A DNA stretch of 64,000 nt. Origin: Lepidodermella squamata. Taxonomy: Eukaryota > Animalia > Gastrotricha. Shown piece after piece: positions 51,179 through 62,567 of this stretch. Both the position numbers and the translations under genes were made by a program. The notes beneath the pieces are model-generated. The model did not search any database. It had not been told where the DNA came from and saw nothing but the letters and a program-made list of their open reading frames with translations. Each line of letters starts with the position of its first letter. The first letter of the stretch is position 1. Where the stretch lies: the NCBI GenBank assembly GCA_047495785.1, contig JBLDXI010000009.1, positions 1,736,001 to 1,800,000 on the forward strand, read 5' to 3'.

Positions 51179-54100
51179 TCACAGTGCCTTTCGAAAAGGG
51201 ACAAGGTGTTCGAAGAGCGGGTCGCACGAGTCGACGACGAAACTGAGCGCGACCAAGCGACCGTCTTCCATGCCAACGACGATAATGCGACGACTGGCTT
51301 TGATATTGCGACACGGCATGACTTCGATGCAACTCGCGATGCCGAATAGCTCGAACTCGGCGACTTTCTGCTCGTCGCTCGTGCGGCACGCCAGCAATTT
51401 ACGCCGGTCGGAGCTGAGTGCGCAGTAGTAGTCACCCTGGAGTAGAAATCGGAAACTTTCAACGCAGCACGGCGTGCCGATGTGGAGGCGAGCCCGCGCG
51501 CCAAGTTGAAGGTCGTAGATGGCGCCTAGATCAACGTCACAAGCCAACTTGGCCCGGCCATCCACGTGCAAATACGGCAGCCGATTCATAGGTAGAAATA
51601 ACGACTCGGGCGTGACTGATGAGTTGGGTGTGAAAGCAGCATTTCCAAGTGAAGACCAGGCCATTTTATTCGACTCGATATCAAATGCAAAACAGCCGAG
51701 GTGATCTCTCTTCAGCATAGGGTACAAACCAGCAGACTGAAAAATAGAGAAAAATTCGATCTTATTTCTATCCAATTGTATGACCCACATTTAGCCGCTA
51801 ATTTTGAGACTCCAGGACTAGAATTCCTAAAAATCCTAAACTATGATTTTTCAAGTTTCAAGTCTCTTAAATCTTAATTTTTTATTATTAGATATCCTGC
51901 TTAACTCTCACTATTACCGTATTTGTTCCAATAGTAGCCCATTCACTAATAGTAGCCCGGGGTTGAGGGGTCAAGTCGGTTCGAAAACATGAAAAAGAAC
52001 GATTCACGAGAAATTAATTTTTGAAATTTTTGAAATTTCGAGGTTGAAATTTTAGTAGCCCGGGCTGCTATAGGAATAGATAAGGTATGCGTATTTTGAG
52101 CAATGAGCGGTCAGTTTACGAGACAGAGCCGATATCGATTTCAATTATCGAATTTACAAATCAGTGATTTTTCCTATATCAGAAGTCTTGGAAGCCAATA
52201 TTGAAAACTATTCTACATACCATGTAGCTAAAAAACAAAATCTCAGGGTCAAAGAGGACATCAATATCGATCAAAAAAGAAAAAACCTAAGTCACAAAGT
52301 ATCGACAAAAATTAGCACCAAAAATAAGACCCCATAATAGGACTAAATGTGTTCAAAATTATGTAATCTAAAAATTTGGTTACACCTGAAGTTTGGAATT
52401 TATAAACACGTGCAGGTTAATTTTTTAGTAGGTAGAAAATGACTTACTAATTCAGCCACTGTGAAAAGCACTAGGACTTGATTAGGTGAATCCTGAATCG
52501 GCAGCAGATGCGCCAATTCCCAATGAGCATTTCCTTCGGTCCGCCAAATCTCGTACAGATGCAAAGTTTTATAAACGCCCCGGTCATTTCGCGTTATATC
52601 ACTGATAACCGCCAGTTTCACGTCCTCCTTGGCACGATGTTGATTAGCTTCGGTTGTCAGGAAACAAAGTGCCCGTTTCTCGGGTAGGAAAACCGGATCT
52701 TGAACTAAACGCGTTTGAATTTTGTGGAGCAGTTCGACATTTCCATAGCCAAGCCGGTAAATCTCAACGACGCTTTCTTCCGTAATTAGGACGAAGAGAG
52801 TTTCGAAAAGCCGCCCAGGCTCCTGGCTAGGACTAGCGAAAAACGCGTCCGTAACATTGGCGAAATTAGCCGTGAGCGTGAAACTGTTGTTCGTAGCCCG
52901 TTCAGTATCACTCGCCGCGAATAACACGCCATTTTGCGTTGTATCAACGACAAAGCAGAAACTAGCATCAGGCGACACGATAATCCTCGCAATTCTCTGA
53001 TTCCAATCCAACTCGCCAATCGGGACCGGGGTGACAATGCGCGATTTCAAATCGAAAACTTGCAAGCAGCATTGCTGGGTGTTGTTGGTGACTGGCGATG
53101 ACAGCAACGCGACTGCCATTGGGCTTGTATCTGTCAGGCCGTCGACGTAGGGCGACGGTGGGAAAAGTCCGAAAATATTGCCGGGTGCGATCACGTGACT
53201 GTGGTCGGAGATGTGCGACAGCGATGACAGCCGTTCAACGTCCCAACATCGCAGGAACGTCGACTCGCCATTCGTTGACAGAGCTAGGACACGCCAGCAG
53301 CAACTTGGCCCATATACATGAGTTATGATTTGCCCTGTAAAAATAATAATAGATATAATAGTCCCCTAAACACCAGGCAAAATGGTCCGGTTTAGATTAA
53401 GTCCGGATTAGAAAATATAACGTAAAATTGCGATTTTACTCATTTTACGAGCTTTCTAGTCATTTCCGGTTATGAAATACCTAATTTCCATATAAATATA
53501 TTAATAATTAGACTAGATAGATCCTAGATTCTAGATCCGGCCATCATGGCTCGATACGGAAGTGTGGGCAATAGGTACATAGTAATTTTATGGTATCATC
53601 CGGACTCTCTAAACTTTTTTGGGGTTCAAGTCCGGTTTTGGCATGTTAAAGAGAAAAGATCAGTTTTATATAGGATTTTGAGGATTTTTCAAGTTTTTAA
53701 TAGGGCAATCATCCCGGATCTAGAATCCAGGATCTATCTAGTCCAGAATGGTCCATTTAGACCGGTCAGTTTGAGAACACTTTCACTTTATAAGTTAAAA
53801 GAGCTAAAACAGCAGTAACGCGTGCATTTTAATTCCCCCATCAATCCTCATAAGTCGTGTCACTTTCTAACAATTGACGATATTAGCCTGTTTTTGTAGT
53901 GTTGTACAGTAAATGTGGTGTTTTGTGGCGAAATGTACCAACACTTTCTCCTCACAATGAATAGCAAGCGAGCCTTATTTTGTGCGCTTTTTCTAGCTAC
54001 TGCACAATTATGTTCTATCGTATTTTTTGTCTATTTTTACGCGATTCCTGATGAGGAATTCTTCCCCATTTCGACTGTTAGCAAGAAATCTATGCCAACG

Positions 54101-57100
54101 AGACAGCCAATCAAAGAAGGTATCGACTTGGCCGACATGCAAGAGAGCTTTCAGATAATGAACATTCTGTTCAACCCTGATTACGAATTCTCGAATCCCC
54201 AGTTCCGGGAAGGTCTCGATAGTAAGGAATTGGCCAAAATATTCGCCCCCGCCTTAACGCAGGAACAACGGCATAGGTCGAGTTTCACGCTTCATGCCTG
54301 CATTTCCATGCTAGAGACTGCGAACCTTACTTATTCGTTATTCTACGGAACTCTACTTGGCTGGTTCAGACATGACGGCAATTTCATACCGTGGGATGAT
54401 GATATGGACATTGTTATTTTCCCTACAATCCCTGAAACTAGGAACGTAAGCCACTACAGCAAATTGATAATGGATAGCTTAGTCGATGATCAAGTTTTCA
54501 ACGAAACTTTTGGAGATTTCGCGCTATTTACGAGTGAAGAAGGCCAAATTATCAAATGCTTTTCGACATCGCCATCAATTTCACAGGAATCGAAGCGGGC
54601 GAAAAACAAATGGCGATGGCCTTTTGTTGATATTATTTTGATGGATGCATTTTACAACGATGCCAAGGTGAATGATATCGCAAATTTAACAGTTCGAATC
54701 GAACAACCCATTTATTACGGAAATGTTACTTTCCGCTACGATTCGATCTTCCCGCTTCAAAAATCCGAATTCGAAGGATTAGAAGTTTTTGTCCCGAATC
54801 ACCCCAGGGAAGTTTTGATGCAAAACTACAATATTAGCAGATGTCAAAGTAAGTGTTTTAATGTTAAAAAAAATTTCCATAATTTTTTTCAATTTTAAAA
54901 GCCCGAAATTACGACCACAAACTAGAGATAGAAGTTCTTCAATCAACGCTGGGAATTACCGACTGCAGTAATTTGTCAAATCTGTACAATTTGACTAATA
55001 TCTAACGATCTAAAATTGTCATAATAAACCGTGTCTTGAGTTTTACCTTTCATTTGGCTTGAAGGTTGGCTGAACGGGCTGATGATGCGAACGGAGGATT
55101 TATCTCCGATTCGGAATAGGCAAACATGCCCTGTATCAAGGGCACTGGCAATAATTTGATCAGAACACGCGAAAGCACTCGCTGTAAATCGCCGCGGTGC
55201 TGGAATTTGAGGTGGAGGGATGAATTCTTCCAGGAGCGAGCCATCGCGAAGACCGAGCAAAAATAGCCGACCGGGCGATTCAATCAGTCCCATGACCCCG
55301 CCGCGAACTGTATCCACCTGAACAACAGGATTGGCTAACGATTCGCGGTAGGGTAGGACTGCTTTGAAAACAGATTTCGACATTTTCTTGTTAATAATTG
55401 CCATTAAAACGCTGCCGTGATTTGTCACAACTAGCACGCGGACATCGTCTGACCGCCCGTGGACAGATTGCGGCACTATGTGGATATACACGGCTGGCAT
55501 GTCGGTCCGGAACGTGTGCAGGCACTCCATCATCGGCAGTTGGTACACGAAAACTTCCTCGCCAACAGTGAACGCGAAATAATCGTTTTCGGCGCTTATT
55601 GCTGAAGTGTCGGCTCTAGAAGCGAATCGATGGGCTACTGTTTGGTGAAGCATGTCAATGATTATTGGCCCAGTCGGCTGACTAACGGTTGCCTAAAATA
55701 AAAATTTAAAATAATTTTTTTCATCGAATTTTTCCGAATTTTCTTAGATTTAAAAACTTAAATTAAATTTGAAATTTTCAAAATTCAAAATTTAAATTAA
55801 TTTTTTTTAATTTGCTTTATTTACCTGATATCTCCCATTCGCAGTGGTCTGAGTCATTGAACTGATATTGGTCATAGCAGATGAAGGGCGTGAGTTTTTA
55901 CCCGCGCCATTTTCCCGCTGATCGGGAGGTCCATTCAACGATGAAATCGCTGTAAGACCGGGTATGATCACCATGAAACGATCAGTCGACGTCATTTGCT
56001 TAACTTCGACCTGTTGTAGCAAGTTGACCGTATAAACCAATTCGCCAGATTCGATGTGAAAAATCTGAAGAATTTGCTTATCAGCAATCGCGGCAACCAA
56101 ACGCCCGCCGGGTGAGTTGACTTTGAAAATGGGCCCTACCGGCAGGCCGCGGACGGGTGCGCAAAACCAGCTAGGCCCCAGGTTGCCACACCCGCAGCCG
56201 GCCCAAAATCGAGCCGATGGCGCTGCGTCGTGTTTCAGCCCGAGGACAAAGGCGTATGATGACTGAATGTCAACGATATGAAGCGGGGAATTAGCCATAG
56301 GCATCGGGTTCATTCGGTTAATTCGAGCCGTGTAGATCAACGGCGACCCAGGCGTGTCGAGGAACGAGATAATTGGCACTAGGCTGCCGCGCCGATCAGC
56401 CGCGCTGAATCGATCGCACTGGTTCAGCAGCGAGCACACATTTTTATGAACTGCAACCATCCTCGCTGAATGCTGAAAGGCGAGCAGTCGAGCTAGTAAC
56501 AGACCGGGTAGGAAATATGGCCGCAGTGAGAGGATTGACCGAGAAAATTTCACCGCATCGCGAACTACGCCCATCTCATCGACCCCGGTTGGCGAAATGA
56601 GAACCGACTGACGAACGCCGTTGATCGACTCTTGAAAATCAACCAGCGTCTTATCAACCCCCAGCGCTGAAACTTTCGCCATCAACCAGTCGAGATTGAA
56701 CAAAACTTGGCTGCATAAATCTTTATGCCGGCCAGATACGAGTAGGTAATACGGTAGGCAGTTCAATTTTCGAATATTAGCCTCATTCGCCTCGGGGGTT
56801 CGGCAGTCAGTGAAAGCGAGAGGTTGGCGAATGACGTAGCGAACTGCCTTGCCCTGCCCGAAAATGCTGTGCGGCGTTTTCGGGACTGGCGGGTCGCGAT
56901 TATCGCAAACACTAAGCCGCAGATCTTTCGGCGTTTTACCCGACCAGGTTCCAATGTAATACTCGGCCAGGTTCGAGCAGACCAGCCGGTTGAGATCAGG
57001 GTCCGACTTCAAATAGCGGTTGAACGCGAATTTAGATAACAGACCGTCAGCCCATACAATAACGGCGTGGGAATCGACAGTTCGTTGGGCGAGAAACGGG

Positions 57101-60100
57101 TTCACTTCGAATAGCAAGCGGTATAATGCTAGCGTTGGAACTCGGGCCGATGTGAAGACGTAGCTTTGCGGCTCGTTATTAGGAGCCTCGCTCGATGCAA
57201 CTCCAGCCCCGGTATCGCCGTTGGCTAACGCATGTAACACGAAATTATCGATAGATAACACATCGCCCAGCTCGGCTAGGGATAACCCCCGATTCCCAGC
57301 CGCTGTTAAATAGGCTAGAGCGTGACGGGTGAATGTTGTCCCATTTCGAAGTTCATACAGTGAGAAAATTCGGTCGAGTTCATCCTCCACGGTATAGCCG
57401 AAGTATGAAGACGAGACTGACGTGAAGGAATGCCACCTTAACGCAGCTTCTCGAATCAGGGCTAGATACGGCGCGGAAACGCCGCCTCCATTCACCTCAG
57501 CGATGGAATCGATTGCTTTACGAAGGGCCTGCCATTGGCTGAACATCAGCTGTTGGCCGTTGGCAGAAAACGCGGCTTTCAGCAATTCATTAGCGGTTTC
57601 GGGGGAGAAGTCTTCGATTGTCAGGATGCAGCCCTCGCCATAGCGAGCGGCGAAATGTGTGACGGCTTCTTCGCTTTCTTGCTTCAGGCTGACAATGACA
57701 CGAACACGCTCGGATAGCACTGAGGGTAACCAGTCAATGAAATCGCCGAAACCGGCCGATGAGCTAGACCTAGAAAATATCAATTTTCGTAATTTCTCTC
57801 AAAATAACGCAATTTTTCGAATCAGTTTTGTTCCCAATTTTTGGCTTGATTCGATTTCATAAAAAAAATTTGGAAGAGCTAAAAAGCCGAAGAAATTTTG
57901 CGCAATTTTTCATTGCTGATTAAAAAATTAGCCCCAGCCAGAGGAAAAATTGACAAATTAACGAATGTTGGTTTAAATTGACAATTTTACACCCTAGCTC
58001 ATCCCAAGCAAATTGGAAAGGGAATTATAAGGTAAATTAAAATACCTGAGAGATTCGAGGCCATCGAGAAGAAAAACGACTCGAACACTTTGCCGTAGCG
58101 TTTGAAGTTCGTGAATGAAGCGATTTTTCACCGAAGTTATGTCATCCGGACAGTCAAGCTCCCGATTTGCCCTCAACGATCCACCAACCACGTACGAGAG
58201 ATGCAACAACATGCCGCGTAGAATCGACTTCAAATCAGACGATTCGGGGGTAAGATTTGCGAATCGCGGTATACAAATCAGCGTAGAGTCGCCCGGGAAA
58301 GCGCGTTCGATCAATCGAAGAACAACGGCTGAAAGCAGGGTCGACTGGCCGCAGCCGGTTGAGCCGAGAATCGCCAATGGCTTGCAAAACGTGTTCGTAT
58401 TCGCCTCGTGATTCGTGATGTAATTCATGAGTTCAGTTATCATATTTTCACGGCCAACGCAATTAGCCGCGTGTTCATGAGCATACATCATGTGAACAGT
58501 CGCCTCTCGAATCAGGTCATCTAACGCATTATGAGTCCGCTCCTTCGCATTTTCTATCCGCTCGGGTGACGTGACACAGGACAACGGTGCGTTATTTCGA
58601 AAATATCTCACTATTTCGCAGTCTTTAATCGCGTGAAACACCAATTTTCCGCCATCTGCCAGGTGTTTCGTAAATTTAGCATGCCGCTCGCAATTGACCC
58701 CGTTTAAATCACTGATTTTCAGCTCGAGATTAAGGCGGTTTGCTAAATCAGGCGATAATCGGCACAATTTTTCTTGCAGTTGTTTCAGGCGAAAATGGCA
58801 GAAGTCAGCTGGAGAATCGCTGTCCGAGTCGCAGTAGGCCCTACACACCGGTAAATGGGTATTATCCCTCAGGCCCGTGATTCTACGGCTGAAAATGATT
58901 AGACTGATATCGCTAGGGCTAAAACTTGTCGTCAAGATGTCGAAAAGTAGCTCAGGCCCAGATGAAACTAAAGAAGCAAGTTCCGGGCGTTTTACCGAGG
59001 CGCTGGCGATCAAGTAGGACAAGGCGTGAATTTGAGCTGCATCCAGCGTTTCTTGGCGCAGAATGTACCGGCGTTGTTCAGGGGCGACGGCTTTCATCGA
59101 TTGAGGGTCGGCGATGTCTTGCGGGGTCTGGCCGATATCGGGCCATAATGCGTCGACTAGCAGTTGGCTGGTCGTAGCGTCCGATGCGCAAAAATCGGTC
59201 AATATTCCAACAGCTTCCTCCTCAAAAATTGGCGCAATTACCGGTCTGCCGTATTTATGACCAGATAAAAACTACCGAAAGATTTTATAATTTAAAAAAT
59301 CATAGGAAAATTTGAGGAAAATTACCAGGCATATCAGCGGAGTTCCAGTTTTGCCAAGGCCGATCAAAAAATTGGCGAAATTGTGCCAATCAAGCGGGCT
59401 GACACTTTTCTCCTCGTCTACGCCGAGCCAAATATCTAATACCTGAATTTTTGAGAAAAAATTGAAAAATTTGCGAACTTCTAACAAAATCAGCCCACGT
59501 TTAATTCGATTTGGGCGTCACATTTCAGTTGGTCGCGCAGGTCCGGAAAAACCTCGGTGTGAAGGTAGTGCCGCTCCGCTTGAAAATCTAAGCACAAATT
59601 GAACACCACCTTAAAAAATGCTGAAAAATCATATTACCGCTGAACGTAGATAGAAGCAGTAAAGTGACACTCCTAGCTGAGTGGAGGCTCTGGCTGAATG
59701 ATGCTAGCTCGCCAAACGGCATAGCTCCCCGAAGAATATTAGTCAAGCGCCATCGATCATTCATAGGTATGCTGCTGTCATTTATGGCGATAAGTTTCTG
59801 CCTTTCACGGCGTGCTTCGATGTCATCCGTCGACATACCAGCATCGTCAATTGTAGTAGCCTCACGTTCCAGCAGTTCAACATCCACCGCAGTCAAATCA
59901 GTCTGGGTTGTATTGCTTCCACCTGCGGTAGACGGCCGAGAAGAAACTAGGCAATAAATTATTTTAAAAATAAGTTGCTATTGATTAAGGCGGGTCTAAC
60001 CTGACGTGTCTGAGGGCATCATGTCATGAAAAGTTGTGGTTAATGAGCCTGAGCCTGAAGAGGCGGTCATGATACGCGAATTAATCGCGCTAGTCAACGC

Positions 60101-60121
60101 TTGAGCGTCTCTGTTCGTCAT
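51179..60121 (-). CDS. NACHT and WD-repeat protein (NWD1/NWD2-like STAND)
   Basis: N-terminal LSTFSDFQAERHYLHTEVFPDL...VLDIWLGV (DUF4062-like). NACHT CVGRENMI...GSTGCGQST...FLLDGLE. FTRHALAYLTAA.GLSLAELGDVLSID, NIRKLNCLPYYL, LFNLDWLMAK, then WD40-like exons to 51179. Confidence 0.88.
51915..52087. mobile_element. Tc1/mariner-pogo-type MITE in an NWD intron
   Basis: Imperfect terminal inverted repeats at 51915-51940 and 52062-52087 (21/26 match, including flanking TA), starting TACCGTATTT. Confidence 0.7.
53511..53743. mobile_element. MITE-like inverted-repeat element upstream of the nested LicD gene
   Basis: 30-nt inverted repeats at 53511-53540 and 53714-53743 with one mismatch. No clear target-site duplication. 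Confidence 0.65.
53957..55005 (+). CDS. LicD/fukutin/FKRP-family nucleotidyltransferase, type II membrane protein, nested antisense in an NWD intron
   Basis: N-terminal TM ALFCALFLATAQLCSIVFFVYFYAI. Motifs YGTLLGWFRHDGNFIPWDDDMDI, WRWPFVDI and IFPLQKSEFEGLEVFVPN. Intron 54849-54901. AATAAA at 55023. Confidence 0.9.
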
Positions 60122-60801
60122 TATTCAAATCGAGTCTTTTCTACTGGCTAGCTCGCAAAAAATTGGTCATTTTTTATCGCCTATAGACACCTTGTTGCAT
60201 ATTCGAGTATATGCATGTTTGTAGGCGAAAAATTGCCGTATACTACAGCATGCACGCCTAGATGTTGTCTTTAGATGAATGACGGCTCGCTATGAATAGC
60301 GAAGCAGCCAATAGCGATGGGTCCTGTCGCTAGGGGTGACACAACAAGCGCGTAATACACCAGCGTGTAAAAACATCGCGCCGGTCTCACGTGTGAATTC
60401 GTTATCGATAAAAACCGGAATCGCGGCTAATAACACGCCTTTTCAAGTACCAGTGCTATTCGTAATATTCTATTCAAAAACAATCAGTGAACCTACACTC
60501 AGCCGGTGTAGATTTAATTCTGGAACGTTCTTCGCCTACCGGAAGCACTCGATGACGAATTCTCATTACACGTTAGAAACACACTAATACTGTAAAATCA
60601 AGAACGCGGCATGTAAACAAGAACAACGATTTTCAAATTTTTATTGAATATCCGTATTCAAATTAATTACATTAGTCATTGCAATGAAAAAGCTAACATT
60701 ATACACACACGCTAGGTGAATAACTTGAAAATCATGAAGAAACGGCTAATTTCGTCAAGTTTCGAGTCTCAATTAGCGGTGTTTGAACTGAAGGTAGAAC
60801 A

Positions 60802-61681
60802 TCAATTGCTTTCCGTAGTTTTATTATCAGGTTCCTGCTGAGAATTCGAGTTGGAATCAGTGCTGTTTTCCGCACCTTGCCGCTCATTTTCGGTCTCAGA
60901 TCCGGATGATTTCGAGCCGCCTTCATCGTTGGATGACGATGAGTCATCATCACTGCTGTCGCTATCGTCGTTTTTCTTCTTTTGCTGCCGTTTTCGCTTT
61001 AACCGCTCTTTTTGCTTCAGGCGCTTGGCTCGCTTTTTCGCAGTCTTAGCCTCGGATTCTTCCGCAATTTTCTGCCTGGTTTCGTCATATAAGCGGTCTT
61101 TTTCCTCCTAAAAAATGAGCGTCGTTTGAAGATTCGGTTATTAAAATGCGAAAAACAAACCTTTTCTTTCAGAAATTGATTGAATTTTTGGCGAGCATAT
61201 TCACGCCTTCGAATGCCTCGATATATATGAAAATCACCCGACCCGACACCAGCAGACGAGCCCCAAATATTGCGAATGAATTCTGGAGGTGCTTTAGGGG
61301 CGAAGTCTTGGGTTCTCTCTGGAATGACGATAATTTTATTCTGAAAAAATACAAATACGCCAATCAACTTGCAGTTCAAAAACAGTAAATCTGAAAATGA
61401 AAGCTGGAAAATTGTTGATTAAAAAATTGTTCTCTATAGCCTACGAGCTTGGCGTGCGGTTTTTCGCCTTTGCTGGTTGATTCTTCCTCAAGGGCCGCTA
61501 AGGTTTCATCTATAGTTTCAGATGAGATAACAGCTTGCTTGTTTAGCATTTCACCTACAGGGTCAGACATGAGACGCTCAAGCCGCAAACGCTGCCTCTC
61601 AGCTGCGCTCTTGATCTTGAATATCGCCTTCTCCTCCTCGCCCTGCTCCTTCTTGTAGATGGGGGCTTCGTTTCGAATCAT
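60802..61681 (-). CDS. PRKRIP1: PRKR-interacting protein 1 (spliceosome C* factor)
   Basis: QRLRLERLMSDP, PPEFIRNIWGSSAGVGSGDFHIYRGIRRREYARQ and KTAKKRAKRLKQK. Two introns. Confidence 0.95.
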
Positions 61682-61729
61682 TATTGTTAATAAATCTAAA
61701 CAGAAAATATCGAATGTTACAAAGAAATA
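61682..61729 (-). promoter_or_regulatory. 48-nt LSM11-PRKRIP1 spacer with 3' splice acceptor
   Basis: ttttctgtttAG at 61698-61696, 31 nt after the LSM11 stop and 14 nt before the PRKRIP1 ATG. No AATAAA. Confidence 0.65.
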
Positions 61730-62461
61730 TCAATTTTTAGGTTCAGGCACAGGTGAGATTATCAAAACTTCATCGCCACGAATGAAAATTTGAGGCAAGT
61801 GGCGACGCCTCACAATTTGATACTGAGATTCTTGCGGCTTTGTAGTTAGATCATCGGGCTTATGCCTTCGCCTCTCGGGCAACGGGAAAGACGGTTTTAA
61901 ATCCGCGCTGGAATTCTTTTTATCAACATGCAATTTCGTGTCATCTGTTTTTTTCGCCTCCTGCCGGGCGATGGCAGCTCGTTGCCTCCGTTTAGCTCGA
62001 TTTCGCCGTTTTCGGGCGCGTCGACCGTGATTTTCGTCGTCATCTCCACGGACATAGGAGATTTCATCGACATTGATCATAGCCAAATTGAAATGAGCAT
62101 CAAAGGCTGCAACTTGGCCGCAACAAATCGCGTGGACGGAGCGATGTGATCGAATCCAAACTCGAACTCTCCGACCACTTCGAGAACATTCCCACAGAAC
62201 TCTTAATGGACCGGAGAAAGCGCCGGTTTTAAGTCGAGATAAAATAGTTTTGAACTTCTTAGGCGACCTTTTCTGAGTTCTATCACCCCCTTCATCTTCC
62301 TCTTCGTCGTCTTCATTTTCTTTCGATGTGTTGGCCTCATCTTGTTTCACGTCATCCGCATTCAGATCTTCCTCGGAAAAATTTAATAAACCCTCCCAAT
62401 CTGGAGTAAGAAACAGCTCGTTTTCATCATTTAAACTAGGCTTTCTCTCTTTTAACGACAT
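61730..62461 (-). CDS. LSM11: U7 snRNP Sm-like protein Lsm11, single exon
   Basis: Sm1 GPLRVLWEC...VRVWIR...CCGQVAAFDAHFNLAMINVDE, a long basic insert, then Sm2 RRHLPQIFIRGDEVLII. Confidence 0.92.
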   Translation of the reverse strand: MSLKERKPSLNDENELFLTPDWEGLLNFSEEDLNADDVKQDEANTSKENEDDEEEDEGGDRTQKRSPKKFKTILSRLKTGAFSGPLRVLWECSRSGRRVRVWIRSHRSVHAICCGQVAAFDAHFNLAMINVDEISYVRGDDDENHGRRARKRRNRAKRRQRAAIARQEAKKTDDTKLHVDKKNSSADLKPSFPLPERRRHKPDDLTTKPQESQYQIVRRRHLPQIFIRGDEVLIISPVPEPKN

Positions 62462-62567
62462 TAAACCCCTAAAACAAAAATTGGGACTAGATACAAAAAT
62501 GTGAGTTTTGTCGAGAAAAAATCAAACCGGGCTAAAGTAATGAAACAAATTGAGAAAAAATTGAGCG

